The notes under the pieces were generated by a model. That model was given only the letters and a program-made list of their open reading frames with translations. It had not been told where the DNA came from and searched no databases. The translations under genes and the position numbers were made by a program. A stretch of 64,000 nt of DNA, from NCBI GenBank assembly GCA_965202805.1, contig OZ241869.1:1088001-1152000 (forward strand), written 5' to 3'. The first letter of the stretch is position 1. The number at the start of each line of letters is the position of its first letter. Of this stretch, positions 42,615 through 53,322 are shown piece after piece. The DNA comes from Longimicrobiales bacterium (GTDB lineage: Bacteria; Gemmatimonadota; Gemmatimonadetes; Longimicrobiales; Gaopeijiaceae).

Positions 42615-44291
42615 TCAGCGCCGTCCGCCGCGCGGGGTACCGCCCCCGAACGGACTTCCGCCCATCCGCTCGCGCATCCGGTCGATGAACTCCTGCTGCT
42701 GCGCCTGCAGCTGGGCCGCACCGATCAGCGCGACCTCCTCCCCCTCTTGGAGCCCGGCCAGCACCTCGGTGTTGTCCCAGTCGTTCACGCCGATCAGGAT
42801 GGGGCGCGGCTCGATGGCTCCGTCCGCCGAGATCACGAACGTGATCGCCGGGCGGGGCGCACCCTCCTCCTCGCGAGCACCGGCACCACCCCCGAAACCG
42901 GCGCCCATGCCATCCATCATGCCCTGGCCCGCAGGGCCCATCCCCATCATTCCGGCACCACCGCCGGCCCTCATGCCCATGCGCCCACCGGCGCCCGGTC
43001 CAGCACCTGCGTCAGCGCCCACGCCAGGGCGGCCCGCATCCGCTCCGGGAGCTCCGTTCATTTCCGCACCGGCACTTCCGCCGTTCTCCGCCCGGGCCTG
43101 CATCATCTGTTCGCGCATCTCCTCGCGCGAAATCTCCCCGCTCGCCAACCGTTCGCGCAGTTCCTGCAGGCGAGCGTTTCCGCCCATCCCGCCCATCGGC
43201 CGCTGGCCCGCGGTCATTCCTCCGCGAGCGCCATCCGGAGCCGCCATGAGCCCACCCGGCGGCCCGGAGCTCCCCGGCAACGAGGCACGGAGGTCCGCAA
43301 ACACGGACCGGTCCATCTCGATCGCGTCCGGATCCATCCCGAGCACCATCGCCGCCGGCGCCATCTCCTGGAACTGTACGAGCGCGTTGTTGGGGATGAG
43401 CAGGGCGTTGGGCCGCTCGGCGACCAGAATCTCCACCTCCGCGTTCATCCCCGGCTTGAGCAGGCCGCCCCGGTTATCGATCATCACGATCACGGCGAAC
43501 ATGGTCACGTTCTGCTGGACTTCGGCCTGCGGTTCGATCTTGTCGACGATGCCGGCGAAGGTGCGCCCCGGGAATGCCTCCACCGTCACCGTGGCGGTCA
43601 GGTCGGCCGAGATCTGCCCGACATCGGTCTCGTCCACCAGCGTGCGCACCTGCATCTCGGCCAGGTTGGCCATCATGAAGAGGGTCGTGCCGCCGGACAC
43701 GTTCTGCGACGCCGACTGGATGACCTGTCCCTCCTCGACGCTCTTCTGGATGATGGTGCCGGCCATGGGCGCGCGGATGGTCACGTCGCTCAGGCGAAGC
43801 TCGGCCAGTTCCATGCTCGTGCTGGCCTTGACCAGGTTTGCCTGCGCGTTCGCGAAGTCCAGGTTGGCCGACTCGTGCTCCTGCTCGGTGATCACTCCGG
43901 ACTCCAGGAGCAGGCGCGAGCGCTCCAGCTGGGCGGTCGAGATCTCCACCCGGGCCTGAGCCACGTTCAGGTCGGCTTCTGTCTGGTTGAAGTCGTTGCG
44001 CACGTCGCGCGGATCGATCTCCGCGAGCAGCGCCCCCGGCTCGAGCTCGTCCCCGGTGTCCACGTGCAGGCGCAGAATCTCGCCCGAGGCCTTGGACTTG
44101 ACCTCCACGGTGCGCACAGGCTCCATCAGGCCGGTTGCTTCCGCCACCAGGCGCAGGTCGTCGCGCAGGGCCGGCATCGTCGTGAGGCCGGGCGCCTCTT
44201 CCACCGCGTCGGCGCCGTTGCAGGCCGCCACTGCCAGCAGTGCGAGAAGCCTCACCCCTCCGTTCCTCAGTGCCTTCGTGCTCACGTTCAT
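42615..44291 (-). CDS. MacA-like periplasmic adaptor with Gly/Met-rich insertion
   Basis: VEVKSKASGEI, IRAPMAGTI, VDETDVGQI, LKPGMNA. Confidence 0.9.
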   Translation of the reverse strand: MNVSTKALRNGGVRLLALLAVAACNGADAVEEAPGLTTMPALRDDLRLVAEATGLMEPVRTVEVKSKASGEILRLHVDTGDELEPGALLAEIDPRDVRNDFNQTEADLNVAQARVEISTAQLERSRLLLESGVITEQEHESANLDFANAQANLVKASTSMELAELRLSDVTIRAPMAGTIIQKSVEEGQVIQSASQNVSGGTTLFMMANLAEMQVRTLVDETDVGQISADLTATVTVEAFPGRTFAGIVDKIEPQAEVQQNVTMFAVIVMIDNRGGLLKPGMNAEVEILVAERPNALLIPNNALVQFQEMAPAAMVLGMDPDAIEMDRSVFADLRASLPGSSGPPGGLMAAPDGARGGMTAGQRPMGGMGGNARLQELRERLASGEISREEMREQMMQARAENGGSAGAEMNGAPGADAGRPGVGADAGAGPGAGGRMGMRAGGGAGMMGMGPAGQGMMDGMGAGFGGGAGAREEEGAPRPAITFVISADGAIEPRPILIGVNDWDNTEVLAGLQEGEEVALIGAAQLQAQQQEFIDRMRERMGGSPFGGGTPRGGRR

Positions 44292-44332
44292 TTCCTCTCC
44301 AGAGAATCCTGCGTCGCAGGCTGAGGTGTCGC

Positions 44333-45043
44333 TCAAACGGTCGCCGCCACCCTCGGCTCGTTCAGGAAGTCGCGCGCGACCAGACCGTCGTGCAGATGAA
44401 TCTGGCGCTGCGCGTATTTGGCGATGTCGTGCTCGTGCGTGACGATGAGGATGGTCTGCCCCTGCCGGTGGAGCTCCACGAAGACCGACATGATCTCCTC
44501 GCTGGTGGTGGAGTCCAGGTTCCCCGTGGGCTCGTCGGCCAGCAGGATGGCGGGCCCGTTGACCAGTGCGCGCGCGACCGCCACGCGCTGCCGCTGGCCG
44601 CCGGAGAGCTCCGGCGGGCGGTGGTCCATGCGCAACCCCAGGCCCACCGTTTCCAGCGCCTCGCGGGCCCGCTGGCGCCGCTCACGGGCGGACACCCCCG
44701 CGTAGATGAGCGGGAGTTCCACATTGTGCAGCGCCGTGGCGCGCGGCAGCAGGTTGAAGGTCTGGAACACGAACCCGATCTCGCGGTTGCGGACGTGGGC
44801 GAGCTGATCGTCGCTCAGGTCGCTCACCAGCTGCTCGTTGAGCCAGTACTGCCCCCGGGTGGGCGTGTCCAGGCAGCCGATCAGGTTCATGAAGGTGGAC
44901 TTGCCGCTGCCCGAGGGTCCCATGATGGCGACGAACTCGCCCCGGCTGATCTCCAGGTCGACGCGGCGAAGGGCGCGGATGGTCTCCGCTCCCAGGACAT
45001 AGTGCTTGGTAAGTCCGGACGTTTGGATAACAGGTCGGCTCAC
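44333..45043 (-). CDS. ABC transporter ATP-binding protein (LolD/MacB-like)
   Basis: [29 protein letters not shown] start overlaps the TolC stop. Confidence 0.95.
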   Translation of the reverse strand: MSRPVIQTSGLTKHYVLGAETIRALRRVDLEISRGEFVAIMGPSGSGKSTFMNLIGCLDTPTRGQYWLNEQLVSDLSDDQLAHVRNREIGFVFQTFNLLPRATALHNVELPLIYAGVSARERRQRAREALETVGLGLRMDHRPPELSGGQRQRVAVARALVNGPAILLADEPTGNLDSTTSEEIMSVFVELHRQGQTILIVTHEHDIAKYAQRQIHLHDGLVARDFLNEPRVAATV

Positions 45044-46344
45044 AGTTCGCTCCCCAGAATCGCCTCCAGTTGCGCACGCGCGACCGCGTAGTCGTATCGC
45101 GCCGTAACCAGACCGGACTCCGCCTGCACGAGGGCGATCTGACTCGTGATCAGGTCGAGGATCGTCGCAACCGACAGATCGAAGCGCTGCTGAACGACAC
45201 GGAGGTCCTCGGCGGCCACCTCTCTCGCTTCGATGGCGAGGGCGATGGCCTGCTCGGAGGTCCTCAGTGCGAACAGTGCCCCGTCGAGCTGCGCACGTAC
45301 GCCGCGTCTGGCATCCTCCTCCTGTACGAAGGCGACGCGTTCCTGATTCTCGGCGCGCGCGATGCTCTGGTCGCGGTTGAAGCCGTCGAACACGTTGTAG
45401 CTGCCGGAGAGGCGAAGATTCCACGAGGTCGTCCCCCCGTTGAACGCGGCCTCGCGGTTCGCCCAACTGTAGCCGGACGAGACGCGGAGCGACGGAAACC
45501 GGGAGGCCCGGGAGGAACCGGCGGCTGCGGAGGCGGCCCGGGCGGCGGCGCGGGCACTGCGCACGGCCGGCGAGCGGTCTTCGGCGAGGACGAACATCTC
45601 CTCGTCGCTGAGGGCGAGTGGACCCGGGTCCAGGTCATCCGGACGCTCCGGCATCACCGGCTCGGGCAGCCCCACCTGCCGCCCGAGCGCGAAGCGCGCC
45701 GCACGGGTGGCGGCTTCCGCCTGAAGCACGGACTGCATGGCGTTCGCCACCTCCAGACGGGCCCGCAGCGTGTCGGAGCGCGTTCCCGAGCCCAGTTCCG
45801 CGCGGCGGCGCGTATTGGCCAGGCTCTCCTCGGCGCGTTCCACGCTTGCTCGCGCCACCTCCAGCAGGTCCTGCTGGCGCAGGGCGGCGAAGTACAGATC
45901 CTTGGTCTGCAGAATCACACCGAAGCGCTGGTTCTCGACATCCGCCTCGGCGGCCGCGATATCGGCCCTCGCCCGATCCATGTTGGCAAAGCGCTGTCCC
46001 CCGTTGAAGAGGCTGTAGGAGAGCGAGAGCCCGGCGTTGTAGCTCTGGCTCGCGCCCACCACCGTGCGCTGGGTGGCCTGGTCAAACCGCTGGCTGCTGT
46101 TGGTCGACGCCCCCGAGCTGAGGCTCAGGGTCGGAAGGAAGCCTCCCCAGGCGGCCCGGTGCGAGACGCCGGCGTTGTCCAGGCCGGCGCGCGCCTGCGC
46201 CATCGACGGGTGTACCTGCAGCGATCTCGCGACCGCCTCGTCCAGCGTGAGCGGCTGCTGCGCCGCCAGCGTGCCCGTCAGCGCGAGCAGGACAATGGGA
46301 AGTCCCGCGATGCGCCGGGCGAATCTCATACGTGCTGTGACCAT
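45040..46344 (-). CDS. TolC-family outer membrane protein
   Basis: LTLDEAV, FLPTLSL and two OEP repeats. Confidence 0.9.
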   Translation of the reverse strand: MVTARMRFARRIAGLPIVLLALTGTLAAQQPLTLDEAVARSLQVHPSMAQARAGLDNAGVSHRAAWGGFLPTLSLSSGASTNSSQRFDQATQRTVVGASQSYNAGLSLSYSLFNGGQRFANMDRARADIAAAEADVENQRFGVILQTKDLYFAALRQQDLLEVARASVERAEESLANTRRRAELGSGTRSDTLRARLEVANAMQSVLQAEAATRAARFALGRQVGLPEPVMPERPDDLDPGPLALSDEEMFVLAEDRSPAVRSARAAARAASAAAGSSRASRFPSLRVSSGYSWANREAAFNGGTTSWNLRLSGSYNVFDGFNRDQSIARAENQERVAFVQEEDARRGVRAQLDGALFALRTSEQAIALAIEAREVAAEDLRVVQQRFDLSVATILDLITSQIALVQAESGLVTARYDYAVARAQLEAILGSEL

Positions 46345-46883
46345 TGCCCCCTGTCCCGTTCTCTCCCGTCCCCGTCCCCACCGTCCTGCCGGGGGCGCTC
46401 CCGGTCGCCCTGTCCGCGGTCACGCTCGCCGTCGCGGGTTTCGGACCGTGACCTCTCCCGTTCCCGTTCGTCTTCCATCTCCCGGCGGCGGTCGAAATCG
46501 GTCAGAAGCGCATCGTACTCGGCGGCCTGCTCGGGGGTGAGCACGGCTTTGATGGAGGAGCGCGTAGACTCGATCAACTCCCCGTACCCGGTCCGGTATT
46601 CCGCACGCAACTGCCGCATCATCGTGCGCGACTGGCCTACGATCGAGTCCACCTGGACCATCTGTTCCGCGCTCAGTCCCACGCGCTCCACGATCAGGCC
46701 GCGACGGCGGGTCTCCCCTCCGCGGTCCTCATCCGCCTCCTCCGCCGCCACGGCCGTGGGCGCAGTGGGTTCCGCCTGAGCCGGGGATGTCCTCGACCAC
46801 ACCAGTCCGAGAAGGAACCCGGCCACCAGGGTCACAAAGAGCACGCCGCCGGCTGCTGCGCGCGTATTGCGTGCAGTCATCAT
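46326..46883 (-). CDS. Periplasmic helical protein (Spy/CpxP-like)
   Basis: N-terminal TM, GLSAEQ and VLTPEQ (LTxxQ) motifs. Confidence 0.6.
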   Translation of the reverse strand: MMTARNTRAAAGGVLFVTLVAGFLLGLVWSRTSPAQAEPTAPTAVAAEEADEDRGGETRRRGLIVERVGLSAEQMVQVDSIVGQSRTMMRQLRAEYRTGYGELIESTRSSIKAVLTPEQAAEYDALLTDFDRRREMEDERERERSRSETRDGERDRGQGDRERPRQDGGDGDGRERDRGQWSQHV

Positions 46884-47284
46884 CCACCTCCCTCGATGGC
46901 GACCAGGAACGCCACCTCGTCCACCTGATCGGCGACGAGGACCGCCGGCAGCGGCTCATCATCGACCCCGGACACCAGAGCCTCCTCGATGGCAATGCCG
47001 GCTCCGGGCGCCGTCTCGGCCGGCATGAGCAGGGAGGCCATCGCCGCGGCCGCCACAACCGACGCGGGGACCAGCAGCCTCCACCACGACGCCAGGACAT
47101 CGCCCACCGTGAGTGGGCGCGTAGCGCGCCGCCTGGCCAGTTCCGGACCCGCAAGGGCCATCACACGGGCCTGGAAACGGGCCCAGTGGCCGGGATCCGA
47201 GTTCCCGGGGTCCAGTAGTTCTAGGGGGATTCTGCCGTTGTCGACCATGTCCCGGCCCCCGCCTGATGCTGCCTGGTTGCTCAT
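46880..47284 (-). CDS. Putative anti-sigma membrane protein
   Basis: Single TM, directly downstream of the ECF sigma. Confidence 0.55.
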   Translation of the reverse strand: MSNQAASGGGRDMVDNGRIPLELLDPGNSDPGHWARFQARVMALAGPELARRRATRPLTVGDVLASWWRLLVPASVVAAAAMASLLMPAETAPGAGIAIEEALVSGVDDEPLPAVLVADQVDEVAFLVAIEGGG

Positions 47285-47360
47285 TTGACTGCTTCTTCCG
47301 TGTGGTTCTTTCGTTATGTTTTTCGTGTCTTCCGTCCGGCCTGCCCAAGCGTCCTTTCGG

Positions 47361-47891
47361 CTATTCGTCCGGCTTCAGGAGTTTGCGCAACGACTTGCGC
47401 GCGTAGTGCAGGTGCGAGCGTACCGTCCCCGCCGGGAGCCCCAGGCGCTGTGCGATCTCTCTGTGCTTCCATCCCTCCAGGTCGTGGAGCAGCACGATCG
47501 TTCTCTGAACCTCCGGCAGCTCTCCGAGCGCGCGGGCGATCTCGTCGCGCAACTCCGACAACTGCGCCTCCTTCTCCGGCGTCGGGGTGCTGGAACGGGC
47601 GCTGAACGGAATCGGGTCCATCGCCCGCAACGCCTCCCGGCGCACGAGGTTGTTCGACCGGTTTCTGACGATCGTCATCAGCCAGCCCCCGAACCTGCCG
47701 GGGCTGCGACAATCGTCGAGGCGCTCGAGCGCGATCAGGAAAGCCTCCTGAGCCGCATCCTCCGCGTCCTCCGGCCGTCCGATCACGGAGAGAGCCACCA
47801 GATATGCCGCCCTGCGATAGCGGGTGACGAGTTGCCCGAAGGCGTCTCCGTCCCCCGACCGGGCCAGTGCAACCAGCGTGGCGTCATCCAA
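47361..47891 (-). CDS. ECF RNA polymerase sigma factor
   Basis: GDGDAFGQLV, DAEDAAQEAF, LHDLEGWKHREIA, GTVRSHLHYAR. Confidence 0.93.
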   Translation of the reverse strand: MDDATLVALARSGDGDAFGQLVTRYRRAAYLVALSVIGRPEDAEDAAQEAFLIALERLDDCRSPGRFGGWLMTIVRNRSNNLVRREALRAMDPIPFSARSSTPTPEKEAQLSELRDEIARALGELPEVQRTIVLLHDLEGWKHREIAQRLGLPAGTVRSHLHYARKSLRKLLKPDE

Positions 47892-47944
47892 GTGATCGTT
47901 GCCTCAACGAGAATGACACGTGGACAGCGAACGTTGTTGAACGG

Positions 47945-48703
47945 CTAGCGCCGACGACGGCGTCGGCCTCTGCGTTTCGGCCTGGCCCCGCCGGACGCGG
48001 GCCGCTCGCGGATGGCCTCCGCCAGCAGCGCGTGCCACTCGGTCGGAAAGAGTTCCGCCAGATCCCGGGCGACCGTCACAAGCTCGCCGCGCGGCTTCTC
48101 CGACTCGTCCCCGGCACGAAAGAACCGCACCAGCATGAGCGTGGCGCCGACATCGGCGATCACGCCGCTTCGCGCCGTACCCGCCACCCGCGCGATCCAG
48201 GCCGCGCCCCCGGCGTCGGAGAAGCCCCACTCGGTGGATGCGGGCAGCGGAGGGAGGGTTGCCTCGTCCGGCGGATCCTCACGACCGGCGGGACGGGCGG
48301 GCGGCCGGCCGGGAGGTTGAGGGGCGGGGCCGGCAGGTCTGAGGCGAGCCGGGGGCGGCGGCGATCCGGACGCGTGAGACGCGGGCGCGGGGGCTCCGGA
48401 GCGCTTGTGCCGTCGGGAAGGCGCCGGTGTGCGGGGGGAAGGCCGTCCGCCCGGAGCCGGCGCCTGCGGTCGCGCGGACGGGGGCGAGGACGGGCGGGCG
48501 GGCGGCGGCGGCGTTTGACGGCCCGGAGGACGGGGTGTGCCGGGGCGCGCGGGCCGAGGCGGATCCGGTCGGCTCACGGGTGGGGCGGGACGGGACGGAG
48601 GCGGAGGTTCGGGCCGTGCCGGCGGCGGTGAAGGCGGTTCTGCGGGCGGGCGGCGGTCCGGTCCATCGTCCACGGGACCCTCCGATGGCGACACCGGCTT
48701 CAC
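47945..48703 (-). CDS. Hypothetical protein with Pro-rich N-terminus and small globular C-terminal domain
   Basis: GTGA coupling to the HNH gene. C-terminal WGFSDAGGAAWIARV...LMLVRFF looks folded. Confidence 0.55.
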   Translation of the reverse strand: MKPVSPSEGPVDDGPDRRPPAEPPSPPPARPEPPPPSRPAPPVSRPDPPRPARPGTPRPPGRQTPPPPARPSSPPSARPQAPAPGGRPSPRTPAPSRRHKRSGAPAPASHASGSPPPPARLRPAGPAPQPPGRPPARPAGREDPPDEATLPPLPASTEWGFSDAGGAAWIARVAGTARSGVIADVGATLMLVRFFRAGDESEKPRGELVTVARDLAELFPTEWHALLAEAIRERPASGGARPKRRGRRRRRR

Positions 48704-49275
48704 TCGCTGCCGGTCGACGGCAGGCTCGACAGCGAGAGCGCCTTGAGGATCTCATCTCCGTAGAACATGCGCACGTACTTGGCCTGGACCGGGGTAACGC
48801 GGCGCACCGCCCAGACCAGATGGACGTGGTTGGGCTCGGCGGGGATGGAGAGCAGACGCATGCCTGCCTCCGCGGGCGTGTTGTTGCCCTTGCGATTGTT
48901 GCAGGGCGAGCACGCCGAAACGACGTTGGTCCACTGATTGCTCCCGCCGCGGGAGATCGGCAGGATATGGTCGCGGGTCAGGAACTCGCGTGCCCGCAAC
49001 CGGTCGCGGTGGCGGCCGCAGTACTGACAGCGGTAGTCGTCGCGCGCGAACATGAAGGTGTTGGTGACCTGCCGGCGGAAGCGCCGCGGCACGTGTACGT
49101 AGCGAACGAGGCGAATCACCGCGGGGAACGGGATGTTGCGGTGCTCGGAGCGGAACGCACGCGCCTCCTCCGCCTCGAGAATCTCCGCCTTCGAGTCGAG
49201 CACCAGACGCACCGCGCGCCGGGCGGGCACGATGGTCAGCGGCTCGTAGGAGGCGTTCAGCGCGAGGCAGCTCAT
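48700..49275 (-). CDS. HNH endonuclease (McrA-like)
   Basis: LALNASYEPL, RDDYRCQYCG, TRDHILPISRGG, NVVSACSPCNNRKG. Confidence 0.92.
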   Translation of the reverse strand: MSCLALNASYEPLTIVPARRAVRLVLDSKAEILEAEEARAFRSEHRNIPFPAVIRLVRYVHVPRRFRRQVTNTFMFARDDYRCQYCGRHRDRLRAREFLTRDHILPISRGGSNQWTNVVSACSPCNNRKGNNTPAEAGMRLLSIPAEPNHVHLVWAVRRVTPVQAKYVRMFYGDEILKALSLSSLPSTGSE

Positions 49276-49492
49276 CGCGAATCCGGTTCTTGGGACCTTC
49301 CCTGACTGCCGACGGCGGCTCCGGCGCTTCCGGGGACCCGGTCGGCCGCCTGACTGCGTGGGCGTTCCATGGCGCGCACATCCCACGCGCAGGCTGACAA
49401 GCGCCGCAAAGTACCGGGGATCGGGAAGCGGAGCAACCGCCGGGACGAGCCGTCGAGTCGGTCTGCCCCGGAATCATCGGCGCAGCGAAGCC

Positions 49493-51769
49493 CTACAGCA
49501 ATGCCATCGGATCCCGGTCGATCAGAACCCGCGCGTCGGAGGGAGGCCGAAAGCCCGTCGAAAAGGCTCGCGTGAGGGTCCCCAGAGCGCGCGCGGAGCG
49601 GCTGCGCAGGAGGAAGTGCCAGCGCCAGCGACTCTGCAGGCGCTCGATGGGCGCGGGAGCCGGGCCGGTCAACTCGACCCTTGCGCCGGAGAGCCGGCGC
49701 TCCACCCACCCGGCCGCCTCCTCGGCCGCGGTCGCGGCGGCTTCGGGATCGGGGCTGGTCACGACCACGTTGACCAGGCGCGCGAGGGGCGGATAACCGG
49801 GGCCCGCGCGCTCGGCCAGCTCGCGCTCGGCGAACGCCTCGAAGTCGTGTTCGCACGCTGCCCGGATGGCGTAGTGGCCGGGCATGCGGGTCTGGATCAG
49901 GACCTCGCCGCCAAGGGTGCCCCGCCCGGCCCGCCCCGCGACCTGGCTGAGCAGCTGGAAGGTCCGCTCGCTGGCGCGGAAGTCCGGCAGGTGCAGACCT
50001 ACGTCGGCATCCACCACCCCGACCAGCGTTACGCGAGGATAGTCGAGCCCCTTGGCGATCATCTGCGTTCCGAGCAGGATGTCGACCTCCCCGCGGCCCA
50101 CGCGTCCGAGGATTTCGCTGTGCGCCCACTTGCGCGCGGTCGTATCCACATCCATGCGCGCGACCCGGGCTCCGGGGAAGGACTCGGTGACCACGCGCTC
50201 CACCTGTTCGGTGCCGAGGCCCCGCCGCGAGAGCGCGCGGGACCCGCAGCGGCGGCAGGTGTCGGGGACGGGCTCCTCGTAGCGGCAGTGATGGCAGAGC
50301 AGCCGCCCGGTGGCCCGGTGGAAGGTGAGCGAAACCGAGCAGGCCGCGCACACCGGCACGTCTCCACACTCCCGGCACTGGAAGAACGTCGAGTACCCGC
50401 GGCGGTTGAGCAGCAGGATCGACTGCTCGCCGCGTTCCAGGCGGGTACGGATCGCAGCCGTCAGTTCGGGCGAGAGCACGGTGCGGCCGGTGGTCGAGGG
50501 GCGTACGGGCCGGCCGCCGTTGGGCGGGGATGCGGCGGCGGTGGAAGAGGGTTCGCGGAGATCCACGACGCGCACCGGAGGCAGCTGGCCGCCGGTGGCC
50601 CGCTCGGGGAGGCGCAGAAGCTCGAACTTGCCGCCGGCCTGGTTCGACCAGCTCTCCAGCGACGGGGTCGCGCTGCCCAGCAGGCACAGGGCACCCTCCC
50701 GGCGGGCGCGCATGATGGCCACGTCGCGGGCGTGATACCTGGGGGCGTCGGACTGCTTGTAGCTGCCTTCGTGCTCCTCGTCCACGATGATGGCGCCCAG
50801 GTCGGGGAGGGGCGCGAAGATGGCGGAGCGGGCGCCGATGGCGATGCGCCGGGCGCCCGAGCGCAACTGCCTCCAGGCGTCGTAGCGCTCTCCGTCGGAG
50901 AGCCCGGAGTGAAGCACGGCGACGCGGTCACCGAAGTGCGCGCGGAAGCGGGTGACGGTCTGGGGGGTGAGCGAGATCTCCGGCACCAGCACGATCGCCG
51001 ACCCTGCGCGCGCGTCCACGACCTCCTTCAGAAGCTCGATGTACACCAGGGTTTTGCCGGACGCGGTGACGCCGTGCAGCAGCACGGGCCGGGGCGCGGG
51101 CGCGTCCAGCGCGGACACGAGCCGCCTCAGCGCGGCGGCCTGGGCGGGGTTGGGCGTCAGGTCGGGAGGCGGTTCCGTACCGGTCGAGGCAAAGGGGTCG
51201 CGCACGACCTCCTGGTCGCGGACCTCCACGATCCCCTTCCCTTCCAGGGCCTTCACGACCCCGCGGCCGATGCCCTGGTCGAGGAGCGAGGCGAGCGGGA
51301 TCGATCCGGCGGCCCGCTCCAGGGTCTCGTAGGCGGCCTGCTGGCGCGGCGCGCGCGCGAAGGCGGCATCCCGTTCGGCGAGCGACTCCAGCCAGCGCAC
51401 GATGTGCGCGACCTTCCGGGTGCGCGCCATCGTCCCCGGTCCTCGACCCGTCCGACACAGCACCGAGGGAAGCGCGGTGCGCAGGACAAGCCCCAGCGGA
51501 GCGATGTAGTAGGCGGCCATCCAGCGGGCCAGCTCCAGGAGGTTCGGCGAGATCGACGGCTTGTCTTCGAGGATCTTCGAGATGCGACGCAGGCGGAGCT
51601 TGCCCGAACCCGGACGACCCGGACCCACCACCCATCCGACCCGTTTCGCCCTGTGGAAGGGAACCAGCACGCGGGTGCCCGGCACCGGCCGCGGCGCGTC
51701 CGGGCCCAGGGCGTAGGTGAAGGTCTGGTCGACGGGAAGCGGCAGCGCGACTTCGACGCGGGACGGCAC
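49493..51769 (-). CDS. priA: Primosomal protein N' (replication restart helicase)
   Basis: GVTASGKT, LVPEISLTPQ, DEEH, LLNRRGYS, Cys-rich region, GTQMIAKGLD, QVAGRAGR. Confidence 0.96.
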   Translation of the reverse strand: MPSRVEVALPLPVDQTFTYALGPDAPRPVPGTRVLVPFHRAKRVGWVVGPGRPGSGKLRLRRISKILEDKPSISPNLLELARWMAAYYIAPLGLVLRTALPSVLCRTGRGPGTMARTRKVAHIVRWLESLAERDAAFARAPRQQAAYETLERAAGSIPLASLLDQGIGRGVVKALEGKGIVEVRDQEVVRDPFASTGTEPPPDLTPNPAQAAALRRLVSALDAPAPRPVLLHGVTASGKTLVYIELLKEVVDARAGSAIVLVPEISLTPQTVTRFRAHFGDRVAVLHSGLSDGERYDAWRQLRSGARRIAIGARSAIFAPLPDLGAIIVDEEHEGSYKQSDAPRYHARDVAIMRARREGALCLLGSATPSLESWSNQAGGKFELLRLPERATGGQLPPVRVVDLREPSSTAAASPPNGGRPVRPSTTGRTVLSPELTAAIRTRLERGEQSILLLNRRGYSTFFQCRECGDVPVCAACSVSLTFHRATGRLLCHHCRYEEPVPDTCRRCGSRALSRRGLGTEQVERVVTESFPGARVARMDVDTTARKWAHSEILGRVGRGEVDILLGTQMIAKGLDYPRVTLVGVVDADVGLHLPDFRASERTFQLLSQVAGRAGRGTLGGEVLIQTRMPGHYAIRAACEHDFEAFAERELAERAGPGYPPLARLVNVVVTSPDPEAAATAAEEAAGWVERRLSGARVELTGPAPAPIERLQSRWRWHFLLRSRSARALGTLTRAFSTGFRPPSDARVLIDRDPMALL

Positions 51770-51820
51770 TACGGCCAGGGCGCGGAGCCGCAAGGGGTCG
51801 TCAGCGGTGCGCGCGCGGAT

Positions 51821-53023
51821 TCATCCACGGTCCGCCAGCAGGAGGAAGACCTCCTCCTGGGGGTCTGGCGTGGTCACTTCGGGTCCGTCCTCTGCGAGAT
51901 GGACGTCAACCTCGCTGCGCACGCCGATGTCGTCGGGGATGTAGATGCCCGGCTCTATGGAGAAGCCGACGCCGGGGAGGAGAAGGCGGGTGTCGCGCGT
52001 CTCCAGATTGTCGATGTTGGGGCCGCTGCCGTGAAGCTCGACATCGATGGAGTGCCCGGTCCGGTGGACGAAATGGCGTCCGTAGCCGCGTTTGCGGATG
52101 AGCTGTCGGCAGACGTCGTCGACCTCGTAGCCGCACACCTCGTCACCCGCCGCAACGCGCTCGCGCAGGAACTCGACGGCGGCGTCGCGGGCATCGCGCA
52201 CCGCCTCCCAGATCCTGCGGGTGCGGCGGGGGAGCCGGGCGCCCAGGTAGCCCATCCAGGTCTGGTCGGCCGGGATGTCCTCGGCGGTCGGCTTGCCCCA
52301 GAGGTCGATGAGCAGGAGGTCGCCGCGCCCGATCGGCTCGCCCTCGCCCACGGGTGCGTAGTGTGGATCGGCGGCGCGCGGGCCGATGGCGACGATGCAG
52401 TCCACCGCCTCGGCGAGACCCCCGTCGTTCAAGCGGGCGCGGATCCAGTCCGAGAGCGCGCCCTCGGTGGTGGGCTCCCCGGCCTTCACGGCGGCGGCGG
52501 CGCGCTCGAAGGCCTCGCGCGCGACGCGCGCCGTGGTGGCGGCGGAGCGGCGGTGGGTGGCCAATTGCTCGCCCGTCCAGCGCGAGTGGAAGAGCGACAC
52601 CAGGTCGCCCGAGCTCACCGGATCCACCCCCACGGCCCGCAGCAGCTCCATCATCCCGCCGGGAACCCGGTCCAGGTAGGGGATGGCCGAGCCCGGCGAG
52701 GTTTCGATGGCGAGGCGCGGGCGGCCGCGCACCAGATCGGCGAGCGCGGATTCCATCTCGCGCCATGACGAATAGATCCGCTTGCGCCAGGGCCAGTGGC
52801 GCCACGACGACCCCTCGATGGCGTGGATCAGCGCAACCGGATCGCCCCGGTCCGGCACCAGCGTGAAGGAGCGGCGCGTGTTCCACCCGAGCCCGACCAT
52901 CGAGGCCGCGATCGGGTTCTGGCCGTGGAACTCGAAGAGCAGCCAGCCGTGCAGCCTCATGTCGGCGAGCGCCGCCTGCACCTGCTCGACGCCTTCCCGG
53001 GTCAGAAGGGGGCTATCGGCCAA
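51821..53023 (-). CDS. M24-family metallopeptidase
   Basis: ADPHY, LIDLW, ADQTW, HRTGHSI, FSIEPGIY, GVRSE. Start uncertain (TTG 53023). Confidence 0.88.
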   Translation of the reverse strand: MADSPLLTREGVEQVQAALADMRLHGWLLFEFHGQNPIAASMVGLGWNTRRSFTLVPDRGDPVALIHAIEGSSWRHWPWRKRIYSSWREMESALADLVRGRPRLAIETSPGSAIPYLDRVPGGMMELLRAVGVDPVSSGDLVSLFHSRWTGEQLATHRRSAATTARVAREAFERAAAAVKAGEPTTEGALSDWIRARLNDGGLAEAVDCIVAIGPRAADPHYAPVGEGEPIGRGDLLLIDLWGKPTAEDIPADQTWMGYLGARLPRRTRRIWEAVRDARDAAVEFLRERVAAGDEVCGYEVDDVCRQLIRKRGYGRHFVHRTGHSIDVELHGSGPNIDNLETRDTRLLLPGVGFSIEPGIYIPDDIGVRSEVDVHLAEDGPEVTTPDPQEEVFLLLADRG

Positions 53024-53322
53024 GGGGTCCTCCGGTCGGGGGTTGAGCTGCGGCGCGGAATCCTCATCGCGGGAGATGACGTCCGGCCAGGGTCTGCGAG
53101 CCGCGGCGAAGCGCGCCACGGGCCGCCAATAGTAGGAACGCCGCGCGGGCGATTCAATGCTCGATCCGGGTCCCGTCCCCGGTGAGTTCCCGGCGACCAC
53201 CGGCTGGCATAACAGCCGTGCCCGGGATGATGCCGGTCGTGTGCCCGGAGTGATACTATTCGGACCAGCCAGTTGATACTATCGACATCTGCGTGATGCG
53301 GCCGGTTTCGGATCGCGGCTCG

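Noticed and set aside
49358..52768. 1136-aa plus-strand ORF and similar long antisense ORFs (16080-19178, 27742-30066, 55233-57728, 30366-32450)
   Set aside because: Shadow frames of real genes in high-GC DNA; Arg/Gly/Ala-rich with no motifs.
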